Part shown: positions 1 to 13,729 of the stretch, piece by piece
Numbering within the stretch: the first letter of the stretch is position 1
Layout of the letters: every line of letters starts with the position of its first letter
Assembly: GCF_963921235.1 (NCBI RefSeq)
Contig: NC_086108.1
Location: 29,760,001-29,824,000 of the forward strand
Length of the DNA stretch: 64,000 nucleotides
Origin: Mobula hypostoma
Lineage: Eukaryota
Reading direction: 5' to 3'
Notes under the pieces: generated by a model
Database searches by the model: none
What the model was told of the DNA's origin: nothing
Seen by the model: only the letters and a program-made list of their open reading frames with translations
Translations under genes and position numbers: made by a program

Positions 1-1915
1 CAAGTATGAGGTGGGCATCACTGAGATGTGGCTGAAAGAAGATCATGATTGGGAGCTTAACTTCCAAGGATACACTGTATCAAAAGGACAGGTTGGTAGG
101 CAGAGGGGGTGGGGTGGCTTTTTTGTGTTTTTCTTTTTTTAAAAAGAAATCAAGTCCTTCAAGGTGACATCGGATTGGAAGATGTGGAATCCTTGTGGGT
201 AGAGTTAAGAAACTGCAGAACAGCAATGGCTGTAATTTCTGGGGGCAATTCAGAAGCGGCAGGATAGATCTATCCCAATGATGAAGTATTCCAAAGGGAG
301 GATGAGGCAACTGTGGCTGACAAAGGAAGTCCAAGACAGCATAAAAGCAAAAGAGAGGGGATATAATATAGGAAAATTTAGTGGGAAGTTAGATTTAGAA
401 GTTTTTAAAAACCAACAGAACTCAACTTAAAAATCCATAGAAATATAAAGGTAAACTAGCCAAGAATACAAAAAGATTTCAGATTTATAAAGTGTAAGAG
501 GCAAGAGTGAATATCAGACTGCTGGAAATGACATTGGAGAGGCAGTAACGTAGGACAAAGTAATAGTGAATGAACTTGAGTATCTTGCATCAGTCTTCAC
601 TGGAAGACACTAGAAGTATACCAGAAATGTGAAAGTGTCTGGAGGCAGAAGTGAGTGTAGTTGCTATTACTACGAGGGAGGGTGCTTGGGAAGTTGAAAG
701 GTCTTGAATATAGGTAAGTCACTTGGAACAGGTGGGCTACATCCCAGGGTTCTGAAGGAGACAGCTAAAGAGACTGTGGAGACATTGGTAATGATCTTTC
801 AAGAGTCACTAGATTCTGGAATGGTTCCAGAAGAGTGGAAAATTGCAAATGTCACCCCACTCTTTTAAGAAGGAAGGAATTGTATACAAGTTAGCCTGAC
901 TCAGTAGTTAGAGTCTATTATTAAAGATAAGGTTTCAGGGTACTTGGAGGTGCATGGTTTTTGTTTTAAAAAAAAGTCAGCATGGTTTCCTTGAGGGGAA
1001 ATCTTGCCTGACCAATCTGCTCGAACTTGTTGATTGAACAAGTTGTTGAACAAGTGGGATAGACAAGGATGAGTCAATGGATGTTTACTTAGATTTTCAG
1101 AAGGCCTTTGGCAAGGTGTTACTCATGAGGCTGCTTAGCAAGATAAGTCCCAATGGTACTACAGGAAAAACTAGCATGGATGGAAGATTGGCTGACTGAC
1201 AGGAGGCAAGGAGTGGAAGAAAGGTGCCCTATTCTAGTTGGCTGTCAGTAACTTGTGATGTTCCGCATCACTATTGGGGCCACGTCATTTCACGTTATAT
1301 GTCAACAATTTGAATAGGTGGCCAAGTTTGCAGATGATACAAAGATGGATGGAGGGGCAGGTAGTGTTGAGGAATGTACTTTGGTAGAAAGAATAGACAT
1401 GGACTATTTTCTGAATGGAGAGAAAATTCAAAAATTCCTGGAGGGGATCCAGAGGTTCACAAGAATGATTCCAGGAATGAAAGGGTCAAAATATGAGAAG
1501 AGTTTGGCTCAGGGCCTGTACTTGTTGGAGTTTAGAAGAATGAAAGGGAATCTCATTGAAACCTATCAGATATTAAAAGGCCACTGGAGAGAGAATGTTT
1601 TCTATAGTGAGAGTCTAGGACCAGAGAGGACAGCCTCAGACTAGAGGAATGTCCATTTAGAACAGATGTGGAGAAATTTCTCCAGCTTGAGGGTGGTGAA
1701 TCTGTGGAATTCATTGCCATGGTCAGCTGTTGGAGGCAAAGTCATTGAGTATATTTAAAACTAAGGTCCATTAGGTTCCTGGGGTGTCAAAGGTTACGGG
1801 GAGAAGACAGGAGAATGGGGTTGAGAGGGATAATAAGTCAGCAATGATGGAATAGTGGAACAGACATGATGGGCCTACTGGCCTAATTCTGCTCCTTTGT
1901 CTTATGCTCTTGTGG
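1..1915 (+). mobile_element. Degenerate CR1-clade LINE (endonuclease and RT remnants, 3' end present)
   Basis: Begins in an APE-like region (ITEMWL...GY...GGV). RT remnants include 'gatttTcagaaggcctttggcaagg' (DFQKAF) and ORF 1318-1644 'KFADDTKMDG'. Ends in the typical tail 'ggcctaattctgctcctttgtcttatg'. Many stops and deletions. Confidence 0.9.
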
Positions 1916-1924
1916 TTTTCTGCT

Positions 1925-3310
1925 TAATCCTATATACCTGCAGCCAGATTATAGCCCTCCATACAACTTTTCACTGCACATTCACATCACTCTGAGTGAA
2001 GTAGTTTACCCTCAGATTCCCCTTAAATATTTCACCTTTCACCCTAAACCTATCTGTAGTTCTACTCTCGCCCACCCTGAGAGGGGGAAATACTGCATGC
2101 ATTCAGCCTATACACCTCAAATCTCCTCTCGCTCTCCTGTGCTCCAGTGAATAAAGTGCTAACATTCAATCTATCCCTGTAACTCGGATCCTTGAGTCCT
2201 AGCAATATCTGTGTAAAATTTCTCTGCTCTCTTTCAATCCTATTGCTCTCTTTGTGGGTGACCAAAACTGCATACAATATTCCAAATTTGGCCTCACCAT
2301 CATCTTATAAAACTGCAATGTAACAATCCCAACTCCTGTACTCGTACTCTGATTTATGAAGGCCATTCTGCCAAACGCCCTTTTCAACCCTTTAAAGGAA
2401 TTATGCATCTGGATTCTCAACCAGTCCTCTCCATGTCCTACATTCACTGTTTAAGTCCTCTCTGGCTTGTCCTCCCAAAGTGCTTCATCTCGCACTTGTC
2501 TGCATTCAATTCCATCTGCTATTTCTCAGCCCATTTTTCCAGCTGGACCCAGCGGCAATCCCTGCGGCACACCACTGGACACAAGCCTCCAATCAAAGAC
2601 AACCTTCTAATACTATCTGGTTTCTCCTAGCCAACATTGAATGCAATGGTCTACTTCATCCTGAATGCCAAGGGAGTTGACATTCAGGACCAATCTCCTG
2701 GTCAAAGGACTTGCTAAAGTCCATGTAGACAATGCCCGTCATCAGTCTTCCTGATAACTTCTTTTAGACTTTATAAACATGTCTAGACATGACTTACCAC
2801 GCACAAAGGCACGTTGACTATTCCCAATTAGGTCTTTTCTATCCAAATACTTCCATCGGTCTCTCGGAATACCTTCCAATAATTTATCCACTGATACCCG
2901 ACTCTTGGCATATAATTTCCTGTCTTTCCCTTGGAGCCTTTCTTAAACAATGAAACAACATTAGCAGTCCTGTGGCACCTTACTTGTGGCTAAGGATAGT
3001 TTAAATATCTCTGTCAGGAACCGAACAATTTCTGCACTAGCCTCACACAAGGGCCAAAGGGTACCTTGTCAGGCCCTGAGGTTTTATCATTCTAAGCACC
3101 ACTTCTGCAATCCATATATGGTCCATCATCTCACTCTTTTTCTCATTCTGTATCCTTCACCTAAGTAAATATAGGCACATTCATTTAAGGTGTCTGCCAT
3201 CTCTCCTCAATGCATAGATGACCCATGTTGAGCCGTTCATCAAAAAGACAAATTTTGACACTTGCTGTTCTTTTGCTCTTGAAGTAGTTATAGAAGCCCT
3301 TGGTTCCTTG
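1925..3310 (-). mobile_element. Degenerate CR1 LINE fragment (RT C-terminal part to 3' end)
   Basis: Minus-strand ORF 2199-2447 'LQFYKMMVRPNLEYCMQFWSP' is CR1 RT C-terminus. 2705-2730 reverse-translates to a VYMDFSKSFD-like RT motif. Confidence 0.85.
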
Positions 3311-3720
3311 GGTCATCATAGTTGAGAGTGGGCGGGGGGGGTGCTGTTAGTGGAGATGAGGTCCCACTGCTTATTAAGTGTTCCCAATAGCGTGCATCTC
3401 AAACAGCCTCTGACAGCCAAATCCAGCTCCTGGCGGAACCGTTTCTACCGACCAGAGAAGGGGCAAATGCAGGTTACTGGTGCTTTAAAACCAGGTGTTT
3501 CGGGCTGATGGGGCTTATCAGCTATGGTTGGCAGCTCTCCTAGGAGAAGGAAAACTCTGATCTCAAACCTCTGCTGCCTTATACCCACTCATGGGGAAGG
3601 CTTCAGGAGTAAATGCAGGGAAAAATCCAGAACTGGAATCCCAAAGGCAGTTCTACGTCGTCCAATGCTGACTCGCAACTCCTGTGACACTCCTAGTGCC
3701 AAACTGTACTGGTCTCTGGA
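3310..3720 (+). mobile_element. Probable RTE-clade LINE 5' region fragment
   Basis: Contains 'ggttggcagctctcctaggagaaggaaaactctgatctcaaacc', which I recall as an RTE-type 5' leader motif. No coding domain seen; classification is from memory only. Confidence 0.4.
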
Positions 3721-3729
3721 AGTAATTCA

Positions 3730-4600
3730 GAAAATGTGTAGCTTGGGAGGTGGATGGTCTGGTTGAGTTGTTCTCTGATCTTGGCAATTTAGTTGTAAAC
3801 ATTTTGCCACCATGCATTGTCAATGTGCTGTTGATTGTGGTGTGTCTGCCGAATGTTTGACCTTTATATATTTTTCAATCAGCTTATTGGACTTCATTTC
3901 AGAAATTCAATTGTGATGGGAGAGGAAATCTTGTCACTGATTAGCTGTGTGGCAAACTTCATGTGTTGTGGTCAGGAATTTTGCCCACATCGGATCATAA
4001 ATAGGACCAACGTCTACATGTTTGTTTACAGAATTGTTTGCGGAAAACCATTCTTCTGAGAATTCTCTTCCATTCCACGTTTGCTTGTGCTATGACTTTC
4101 ACTGATCCTCAGTCAAATATGTGCCCCTCTTGATCATCTTGGGCAGAGACTTGGCGAGCTGCTCATGCCGCTTTACAGCTAATTGATGTTCATGGATAGT
4201 TGTCCTCCAGTTTGGCCGACGTAATATTTGCTGCAGTTCCTGCATTGGATTTTGTATACTACATCAGTCTTGTCTAATAACTTGGTTCATTCCTTAGGTC
4301 TGCAAAATACTCTCCTCAGTTTTGCTGTTGGCTTGTGCATGACTGAAATTCCATGTTCCCGGAGCAGTTGGGCCAACATATTGGTATCTAGAGATCCTTT
4401 GGATTCATCAGCTGTATGGAGGGGAATCCTGCTGCATGGACAACAGCCTGCTTACTCTCCATATTGTACTTCCCTGGTTGACTGATAATTTGGGCTGCTC
4501 GGATGCATTATCCATGGTCAACCACAACTAACGGAGGGCCTCTAGTAGCCCCTGAGATTCTGTTTCATCTGGTCTGCCAGACGAACCTCATGTCCTCTTT
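3730..4600 (-). mobile_element. Penelope-like element fragment (Penelope/Poseidon type), GIY-YIG endonuclease remnant
   Basis: Reverse complement of ~4200-4280 reads LDKTDVVYKIQCRNCSKYYVGQTG, a GIY-YIG signature. The surrounding frame is broken. Confidence 0.8.
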
Positions 4601-4604
4601 TAGC

Positions 4605-4990
4605 CCTCCCGATTTCTCTAATGTTTTCTTGCACTTCATGTGCTTCATTTGATCATAACTACTTGTATCTAATTATGTGCCTCCTTTTTCTTTACTAGGG
4701 CTCTCTATATCTCTCTAACCAAGGTTTCCTAAACCTGTTATCCTTGACTTTTATTCTAACAGGAGCATACTGATTCTGTACTCTCAATATTTCGCTTTTG
4801 AAAACCTCCCACTTGCCAAGCATCTCTTTGACGTAAACAAGCCTGTTCCAATCCACAGCTGTTTGGTCCATCTGATGCGATCAAAATTGGCCCCCTTGCA
4901 GTTTAGAATCTTAACCCGAGAACCAGTCCTATCCTTCTCGAAACTCGATATAATTATCTCGAAACTAATGGAAATCATGGTATTTAGTTA
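4605..4990 (-). mobile_element. CR1 LINE fragment (end of endonuclease/linker)
   Basis: ORF 4784-4978 'FEKDRTGSRVKILNCKGANFDRIR' matches the CR1 ORF2 post-APE region. Confidence 0.75.
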
Positions 4991-7559
4991 CCTAAAATTT
5001 TCTTCATTTACATGGGATAATTCTAATAAGCTTTTGGTAACGTACATGTGCCTGTACTGAAGTACAATAATCAGCCTGTTTTATGTGGATGTTTGGTCAA
5101 TAGCTGATCAAAAGACCTCAAAGTGAAAATAAACATTCTTGGTTTGAACAATGAGCAAGCTAATTCCAGCCTATTAAACACTGATCATGCATGCAACGTA
5201 TCTGAGACAATTCTACTGATTGGTATGATGCAGGTGTGATGGATGGCCTCTACTGCATCAACAGAAGCTGTTTGTGCTTTGGAACATGGCAATAGCATGC
5301 AGGAATGATAAGGATATTGTACTACTTCAGATTGCATTCATGGGGCAGTAGGAAAGGCGAGAGATCTTGCGCAGAATCCACTGAGTCAGGCTCCAAAATG
5401 TATGTTTGGTTCTGAATCACTATGTTTCAGGATTAGTCAAGATTGTGTGCCCAAACTTCCTGTGTTTCCGAGACTTAGGCACACAACCTTAACTGATGTT
5501 TCTGCGTCTCTTGGAATGAGACATCACACTGTGATCAGTGCTATTCTTGTGCACGAAGCAGATCCCAGATCAGTATTTTGGAGAAGAGCAGAGAAGCCAC
5601 CCTGCTTCTATTTCTAATCCTTCACTATCAATGTTGTGTCCTGTTGCATGCATTTTAAAAACTAGTGTTTCTGAAGTATTTTAGTTGTAAAGCCAGGTTG
5701 GTGTGCCAGTGGTAACTATTTGTTTAAAAGGGTTCATTTTAACTACAGTAATCGACTTTATTTTCTCAAACTGCACAGCTTACCAATTGAGCACTTCCTC
5801 AGAATCTATGCCTCCCGTAATATTTTATTAGTATTTTGTTCTTTAAACACTAGTTAGACCTGCCCACTGCACCATTGTCCCTTCATTTCCTACAACCCAG
5901 ACTAGACTGTGACAGTGTGCCAAGAATAACACAGACAGGAGGAACTTCGCTTTTGTGCCATTGTTATGTCGCACTGACTTGTCTTCTGCTCCTCATGGGC
6001 CATTACATTTGTTTAGGTATACTTAAGCACATAAGAACAGCTAGTTTGGTTTATGGGTAGTTCAGTTTAATGATGACTGAGCCAGTATTGTTTTTGTTTC
6101 AAATTAATTAGCAATGCTAACAATAGGTTTAACTTCTGCATTGCATTGAACAGTAAGAATTTCTTCATTATTCTATATTCTACTTGGTACAGTTAAGTTT
6201 TCCGTGTTAAGTAGTGTTATCTCAGCCAATAAAAATGATCAAAGGAACTGATTTAATTTGTGACTACTTCCCAGTAGATTCTCCATGTGCACATAATCAA
6301 AATCTGCCCCATTCTACTTGTCAGTCAATCCATGTTGTTTTCCAGTAAATCTTAGGGCCCCACTGGCAGGACTTTATTTTCTGCAAGAGTGTGGCTTTCT
6401 AATTTTTGTTTTTGGTTTCTTTGTGTTAAGTTTCATCTGCTGTCCAAGAAAGTTCTCCAGCTGTGGTGTGTATAGGGTTTTCAGCATGTCTCATTCCAAG
6501 TGGGCTATTTGGATAAATCTGGGTGGGAGTGTGGGAGGGGAAAACATAAATGTAGCAAAGTTCAGCAGAAGGGCAGGGGGCCTGGAGAGGAATTGGATCT
6601 GAGCAAGGGGAAGGAGGAGTAATTGAGACAATACCAGCTGGAAGCCTCTTGAACACTGAAGACTGTTTTATGTTGGTAACACCATATTAATGTCAGTTTT
6701 GCTCCATCTGCAACAGATCATTGTAGAAGTGATATCAGTAAAGAAGATTACACTTAAATACCGATATGAGGATCAGTGCTGAAATAAATTACTTCATTTA
6801 ATGGAAGTTAAGTTTTTCTTCAAATCAAAGATTAAAGGCCGTTCATGCAGCCAAAAAATGATTTTGTGCAGATGTTCAGATCTGTGATGGTATGAATTCA
6901 ATCCTTGTTTGAAATTTAGATAATTTTGACTATCTCAGTGCAGCCACAAGACAATTACTGAAGACATAGAAAAAATGCTGAGATAGAACTGAGGCGCTTT
7001 AGTGTTGGTCAAAGGTGCTCACTCTTTAGTAAAATACTTTTTACAACACATTCTGTGAACTCTAATCAGCATGAGTTAGTCTAAATCTTTCCAGTCAAAG
7101 AAACTTGACAATATTAAAAACCGCCATTGTGCCAAAGATAAGGAAAATCAAAATAAGGCCTGTGCTAACTAACAGTGAAGCAAAGCTTTGCTGCCGTGTA
7201 AAGAAACATGACTGAAGATAGCAATTTTGGCATATTTAAAAGTATGTGTTAACCGTTTCACTTCTATGGTTCTGCTGGTTCCTAGTTGCAGATTTTTTTT
7301 CTTCCAAATTGCAATCCATGAAATTTTAATTTAAAAAATTAGTGTCTGTAAATTAGCTTCTGTAAAATATTAGTGTCTTTTTGACTTAATTGTCTGAAGA
7401 TCCAGAGTATTGTTCAGAAATAAGATGAGCTAGAAGAGAAGCACAAAATGAAGAATTGATTTCAGGCCTGTGTTGCAAAATTATATTGTAATTTTGTCTA
7501 TAGAACATGGCCTACAACAAGTCTAGGGATCTAATCCACTAATTCTGTAAATCCTAGAA

Positions 7560-9105
7560 ATCCAGACTAACATGGAAAATGCTGGAGGAACTAAGCTCAT
7601 CAGGCAGCATCTATGGAAAGGAATAAACAGTTGTTTTGGACCAAGACCCTTCACGACTGGAAAGAAAGAGGGGAGAAGTCAGAATAAGAAGGTAGGGAGA
7701 AGAAGGAGTGCAAGGCTTGAAAGTGATAGGTGAGGTCATGTGAGGGGGAGGGGGGAGGTAAGTGGCTGGGGAAGAGGCTGAAGTGAGAAGTTGGGAAGTC
7801 AGTGGAAATGGTAATGGGCTGGAGAAGGAGGAATCTGATGGAGGACATCGGGCAATGGGAGAATGGGAAGAAGGTAGGATGCAGAGGGATGCGATAGGTG
7901 GGTGAAGAGAAGAGGAGGTAAGGGGGAAGCCAGAATGACGCATGGGAGAAAAGAGAAAGGGAAGCAGGGAGAAATTATCAGAAGTTGGTGTTCCAACCAT
8001 CAGATTGGAGACTATCCAGGTGAAGTGCTGCTCCTCCGGACTGAATAGAGGAACAATGAACCAACATATGGGACTGGGGATTCAACTTAAAATAGTTGGT
8101 CGCCAGGAGATCTTGCTTGTTGTGGATGGAGCAAAGGTGCTCGACAAAGCGGTCCCCTAATCTATATCAGGTCTTGCTGACGTTGAGGCCGCTGCACTGG
8201 GAGATGATCCTAACGATTTTCAAGTGAAGTGCTGCAACACCTGGAAGGGCTGTTTGGTGTCCTGAATGGTGGGGGATGCTGGAACTGAATGGGCAGGTGT
8301 GGCACTTCTACTTACAGGGTCAAGTGAGGAGGGACAAGTGGAGAAGATCTATCCTTGTGGAGAGAAAGTAAAGATGTGTTCGGTGGTAGGATCCCATTGG
8401 TGATGGCGGACATTGAGGAGAATAATGTGCTGGATTTGAATGCTCATGGAGTGTTAGGTAAGGACAAGAAGAACTCTATCCCTGTAAAGGCAACAGGAAG
8501 ATGGGATCAGGACAATGTCCAGGAAATGAGGGAGATGCAGGTGAGTGCAATATCAATGAAGAGGGAAGGGAAATCCTGTTCTTTGAAGGAGGAGAAAATC
8601 TCTGTTCTGCAAAGGAAAGCCTCATCCTGGGAACAGATGTGGCAGAGATAAAGGAACTAGGAAAAGAGAATGGTATTTTTATGAGTGATAGTGTGTGAAG
8701 AAGTGTAGCTAAGATGATGGCTGATACTGATAAAAAGATATCAGAAGCCAGTGATGGTAACAGTTTAAGAAAAAGAAGAGGTGTCAGAAATGGACCAAGT
8801 GATTTTGATGGCAGGGTGGAAGCTGGATGCAAAGTTGATGAATTTGACAAGTTCATTGGTGAATAAAGCAGTGCCAATACAGTTGTTAATATAGTGCAGT
8901 AAGAGTTGGGGAGCATTACCAGTGAAGGTTTGGAACATGGACTGTTTAATACAACCATATAATAGGCAGGGATAGCTGAAGCCCATGCAGGTGCCCATGG
9001 AGAAAGTGGGAGGAGCCAAAAGAGAAATTGTTGAGTGTGAAGACCAGTTTTGCCAGATGGAGAGTGGTGGTGGTGGAGGGAAATTGGTCAGGTTTGTCAA
9101 CTATT
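7560..9105 (-). mobile_element. Old degenerate Neptune-type Penelope-like element (RT, GIY-YIG, 3' tail)
   Basis: ORF 8765-9100 'MGTCMGFSYPCLLYG...LLHYINNCIG...FINFASSFHPAIK' is a decayed version of the PLE RT motifs in the 24 kb copy. The tail at 7570-7660 is homologous to 22800-22920. Confidence 0.85.
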
Positions 9106-10499
9106 CTATTATTGTCTTTGTCCTGGAAAAATGATCTTAGGACCTTGCAGTTTGAATGTTTAATGCTGCATCATATTCAAAGTGTCACTGGCTAATCTGT
9201 TCTGCACCTTACAATATTTAATTTATGTATTTTGTATAATCCATCTGTAGATTTCATCCTTGCTTTCATAAGTTATTGGATGTTGTATATTACAGTGCTT
9301 CATGGCATGGTTTGGAGAAACATTGTCTCATTTGACAGGATATATATATATAGTTAAATGACAATAAACTTAACTTGATTTGAGTTTGACTCAAATGCCT
9401 AGTTTAGAATGATTGCCTAAATGACTGTTTTATTGACGCTTGCTATATTTGACTGAATTGCCTCGCCATGTGCTAATCAACATTTTTATAAATGGAGTTT
9501 CAAATTCTGTATAGTGTTCTATATTTTTGTCATAAAAGCCTAATCTCTAAATCATTTTAGTAGCATTTTGGAAAACTGTTGATTTAAGATGAATGACTTG
9601 CTGATTGTGGACCCTGATTCGGATGGGCACATTTCATTGTGATCAACCATTTCCAGCACACTTGCACAAACAAGTCTCCTTTTGAGTCAGTTTTAAGATT
9701 ATCCAATAATTTACTTTATTATAGAAGAAACATTCTGTTCCAACTTGACATTGAACAGATACATTAGATATTATTCAGTAACCTGTACATCATTCAGTGC
9801 CAATAACTTATTTCCCAGTATGTCCTGATTTAAGTTTACTGTTTGCCCTCTTCATGATCACCAATGTTTAATATTTGGGTCTTCAATTCTCATTACAAAT
9901 CTTTGTATTACTTGACACTCTTCCCTTGACCAAGTCAACACTGGGACTCCACAGTAGAAATCTTTCTCTTCCTTAAAAGCAGAAATGTAGTCTGGGTTCC
10001 TTCTCCCTCAAGCTTGTTGAATCTCATCCCTCTACAAGTGCTATTCACACTTTTTTGTCAGTTATGCAGATTCTCACTCAGCAGCTTCTCCTTCCCTTTT
10101 TTGTCTTCTAACCTAGAGCTTGATGCATATCTTTAGTTCTCTTTTGAATCCTTTGTGTAAGCAAATGTAAAGGAAAAACAACTGTGCTATGTCCACCATC
10201 TGCCCTGTATGAAACCATTTTACTGCCACCTGACTTCAGAAGGAGATGATAACAAAGAATCATATTTCTTAAATCTATTTCCCCCTGATGAGAATAAAAT
10301 CAAAATAGTCCAACTATGGTTCTACAATGAAATATGCAACTTCCATGTTCATATTCTATGTACTTGGTGGTTTATTTGAAAGGAGCTTGTTTATGCCAAA
10401 ATATCACTAGCAGGTGGTGGGTATTCTTTACCGAATAAACTTCAGTAACAGATGAGAAATTCTGTTCTGAACTGAAACTGATGCAATGTAATCAATCTA

Positions 10500-12060
10500 G
10501 AGTCAAAAACCTCTACAGCACTCAGGCCTTTCAGCCCATCTAGTCCATGCCAAACTGTTATTCTGCCAAGTTCCATTGACACACACCTGGACCATAGCCT
10601 TCCATTATCCTCTCATCCATGTACTTATCCAAAATTCTCTTAAATGTTGAAATCAAACCCACATCCATCACTTCCTCTGGCAGCTTATTCCCTGTTCCCA
10701 CAATTCTCTCAGCGAAGAAGTTTCCCTCAAATATTTTAGCTTTTGCCCTTGACTTATGAGCTCTAGTTCTAGTTTCACCCAGTCTCAGTGGAGAAACCCT
10801 GCTTGTATGACCCTATCTACACCTTTCACAATCTCCCTTCATTCTCCTATGCTTCAGGGAATAAAGTCCTAACCTTTTTAATCTTTCCCTATAACTCAGA
10901 TCCTGAAGTTCCAGCAACATCCTTGTAAACTTTTTCAGTTTTGTTCATATCATTCCTGCAGGTAGATGACCAGAACAGCTCACAATACTCTAAATTAGCC
11001 TCATCAATGGCCAATGTGTTAAAAGCTCTCTTTACAGCCCTATCTATCTGTGGCAACAGTTTCAAGGAATTGTAGATCTGTATTCCCTGATCCCTCTGTT
11101 CTACCACACTCTACAGTGCCCTGTTTATGGTACAAGTCCTACCCTGGTTTGACTTCCAAAAGTGCAACACCACACACTTGTCTGCATTAATTTCCATCTG
11201 CCATATTTTCAACCCATTTTTCCAGCTGGAGCAGATCATGCTCCAAGCTTCCTCACTATCCACTACACTCCCAGGCTTAGTGTCATCTGCAAATTTTCTG
11301 ATCCACTTTAATACTCTGGATGATAATGTGGTAATGTACTGGTGATGACAGACAACAACCAGCCCAGGAGCAACCATTGCACACCAGTAGTCACAAGCTT
11401 CCCATCAGAGGGGCAACCATCTATTACCACTGTCTGGCTTCTCCTGCTAGAGCATCTTCAATGCCAAGTGACTGAACCTTCCTGACCATGCTTCCATGCA
11501 GGACTTTGTTGACAGCCTTGCAAAGATCTTGTAAAAAAACATTCACCACCTTCCTGTTAACCTTCTTTCCTGTTAACATCCTTTTACAAACTCCATAAGA
11601 TTAGTTGGATATGAGCTACCACACACAGCCATGTTCACTATCCCCAATCAGGCCCTGTCTATCCAAATACTTGTTTTTAAATACATTCCAATTTGCCCAG
11701 TACTGACCTCAGATTCACCAGCCAATAATTTCCCATTTTATTCCTGGAGCAGTTCTTGAACAATGGAATGATATTAGCTGTCCTCCAGCACCTCACCCAG
11801 TGCTAAAGACATAACAAATACCTCTGACATGGCCCCTGTAATTTCTAAACTAGCCTTCCACAAGGTTTGAGGGGACACCATTGTCAGGCCTGAGGACTTA
11901 TCCACCCTAATTTGCCTCAAGATTATAAGCACCTCCCCTTCTGTAATCAGTTTATCATCCATGACCGCATTGTTGTTTTGCCTCACTTATGTCGACTTGA
12001 ATTCATCTCCTGAGTAAACACAGATATAAAAAAAACCCATTTAAGATCTCCCCCATCTCT
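10500..12060 (-). mobile_element. Degenerate CR1 LINE
   Basis: ORF 11111-11377 'KFADDTKPGSVVDSEE...INADKCVVLHF', ORF 10889-11107 'LEYCELFWS', and a CR1-type 3' end near 10500-10560. Confidence 0.9.
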
Positions 12061-12074
12061 TTTGGCTCAATGCA

Positions 12075-13450
12075 TAGATAAGATGACCATGCTGATTGCA
12101 GTTCATCAGCATATTGACTTTGCTACCAGAGGTGAGAACACATTTGACCTAGTTTATGCCAACATCCCTGAGCATACAAAGCTGCTCCCAATCCCCATGT
12201 TGGATTCTCTGACCAGTTATCTCTTCCTGAATACCTTACTTCCTACCCATCATGCCACTGGCATTTAGGGCAGCAATGAAGGTCCTCCATCTCTGGCCGT
12301 GTTTATGGGTTCCTTCGTCATGTCAGTAGCTTCCTCTCAGTTTTCACTACTGTCGGCCATGCAAGTCCCAGGTGAAGACTCAGGAATACCATTGCACTCA
12401 GATGTAGAAGGATTCTTCATTGCTGTTTCCATAAGTTTTGTTTTACTGGTCAGGGTTTTTGGCCCCGAGCTGAGCCCCGGATCTGGAGGATTGGTGGACC
12501 ACTCGTGGCCTTGCCTCTACCCTTTGACCTGTTGGGCATGGGTAACCCCATGAAGAGCTAAAGCCCCGACTCCAGCTACCATGGCTCTCTGGGTCCTTTG
12601 AAGTATGCAGGCCTCCAAACTACAACAAGGTTGTGATCCTCTTGGAGGTTCCTGCATACCGACCAATGATTAAACGCATCAAACCAATTCAAAGAGAGAG
12701 GGATTTGGACAGAGAGCAACCGCAGTATTACAGAACTGTTTTGAAAACATGGACTAAAGCATGTTCAGGAAGTGGCTATCTACAACCATCACATTACCAT
12801 TGATTAGATGAGATCTGTGGCTACACAGAAGTACCTGATAATATACCTGGTTAGGTGCTGACCGATTGTGCAACCCAGTTAACTGAGGATCCAACAGACA
12901 TCTTCTATCTGCCCTTGGAACAGTCCACTGTCCTCTCAGACTTGAAGGCAGCCACCATCATCCCAGCGCCTGAGGTGACAGTAACCTACTTCAATGACTA
13001 CTGTCCAGGGGCACTGATCTCAAATATAAAATACTTCGAGTGGCCGGTTATGGATCTCATTAAATCCCATCTTCCTGCTGCATTGGACCCTTTCCAGTTT
13101 GCTTATCACTCTTGGGGAAAACTTGGAATGTCCATCTTGGGAAAACTGCACCTCATATACGAGGATACTGTTCATTGACTTCAGCTTGGCATTTAATACG
13201 ATCATTCCTCAGAAGCTGTGGGTAAACCATCCTTGTTAGGTCTTAACACCTCTCTCATTAACTGGATTCTAGAGTTCTTGATGGGCCACAGTCAGTCCGT
13301 GTTGACAGAAGCATCTCTAGTCCCATCACACTGAGCACTAGCGCCCCCAGGGTTGTGTGCTCAGCCCGCTGATCTTTATGTTGCTGACGTATGACTGCTC
13401 TGCTAGATCCAGTTCAACCTGAATCATCTTTTGCTGATGACATAACAGTG
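12075..13450 (+). mobile_element. Rex1/Babar LINE fragment, interrupted by an RTE-derived insert
   Basis: 'HQHIDFATRGENTFDLVYANIP' (APE) and 'LTDCATQLT...ATIIPAP...NDYCPGAL...LDPFQFAY' (RT). Removing 12245-12653 restores LLPAYRPMIKRIKP. Confidence 0.85.
12245..12648 (-). mobile_element. 404-bp non-autonomous RTE-derived element with 5-bp TSD
   Basis: TTCCT is duplicated at 12240-12244 and 12649-12653. The minus strand starts with an RTE/Expander-like 5' end ('cctccaagaggatcacaaccttg...') and ends with an RTE-like ORF end ('agatggaggaccttcattgctgccctaaatgcc', WRTFIAALNA). Confidence 0.75.
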
Positions 13451-13720
13451 GTTGGTCTCAAGGGTGAGTCTGGGACCAAAGGACATGGCCTCAAGTTAGA
13501 GGGACCTCCATTTAAATCAGATGAGGAAGAGTTGTCTTTTCTTTGCCAGAAGGTGGTGAATCTGTGGAATTCATTGCCACAGATAGTGGAGGCCAAGTCA
13601 CTGAGAATAGTTAAAGTGGAGGTTCATCGGATCTTTATTAGTCGGGGTGTCAAATGTTACAGGAGGAAGGCAGGACAATGGGGTTGAGCAGCTCTAATTC
13701 TGCTCCTATGTCTTGTGGTC
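13450..13720 (+). mobile_element. CR1 3'-end fragment
   Basis: 'GESGTKGHGLKLEGPPFKS...QKVVNLWNSLPQ' followed by the tail 'ctaattctgctcctatgtcttgtggtc'. Confidence 0.8.
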
Positions 13721-13729
13721 ATCAGCAAA

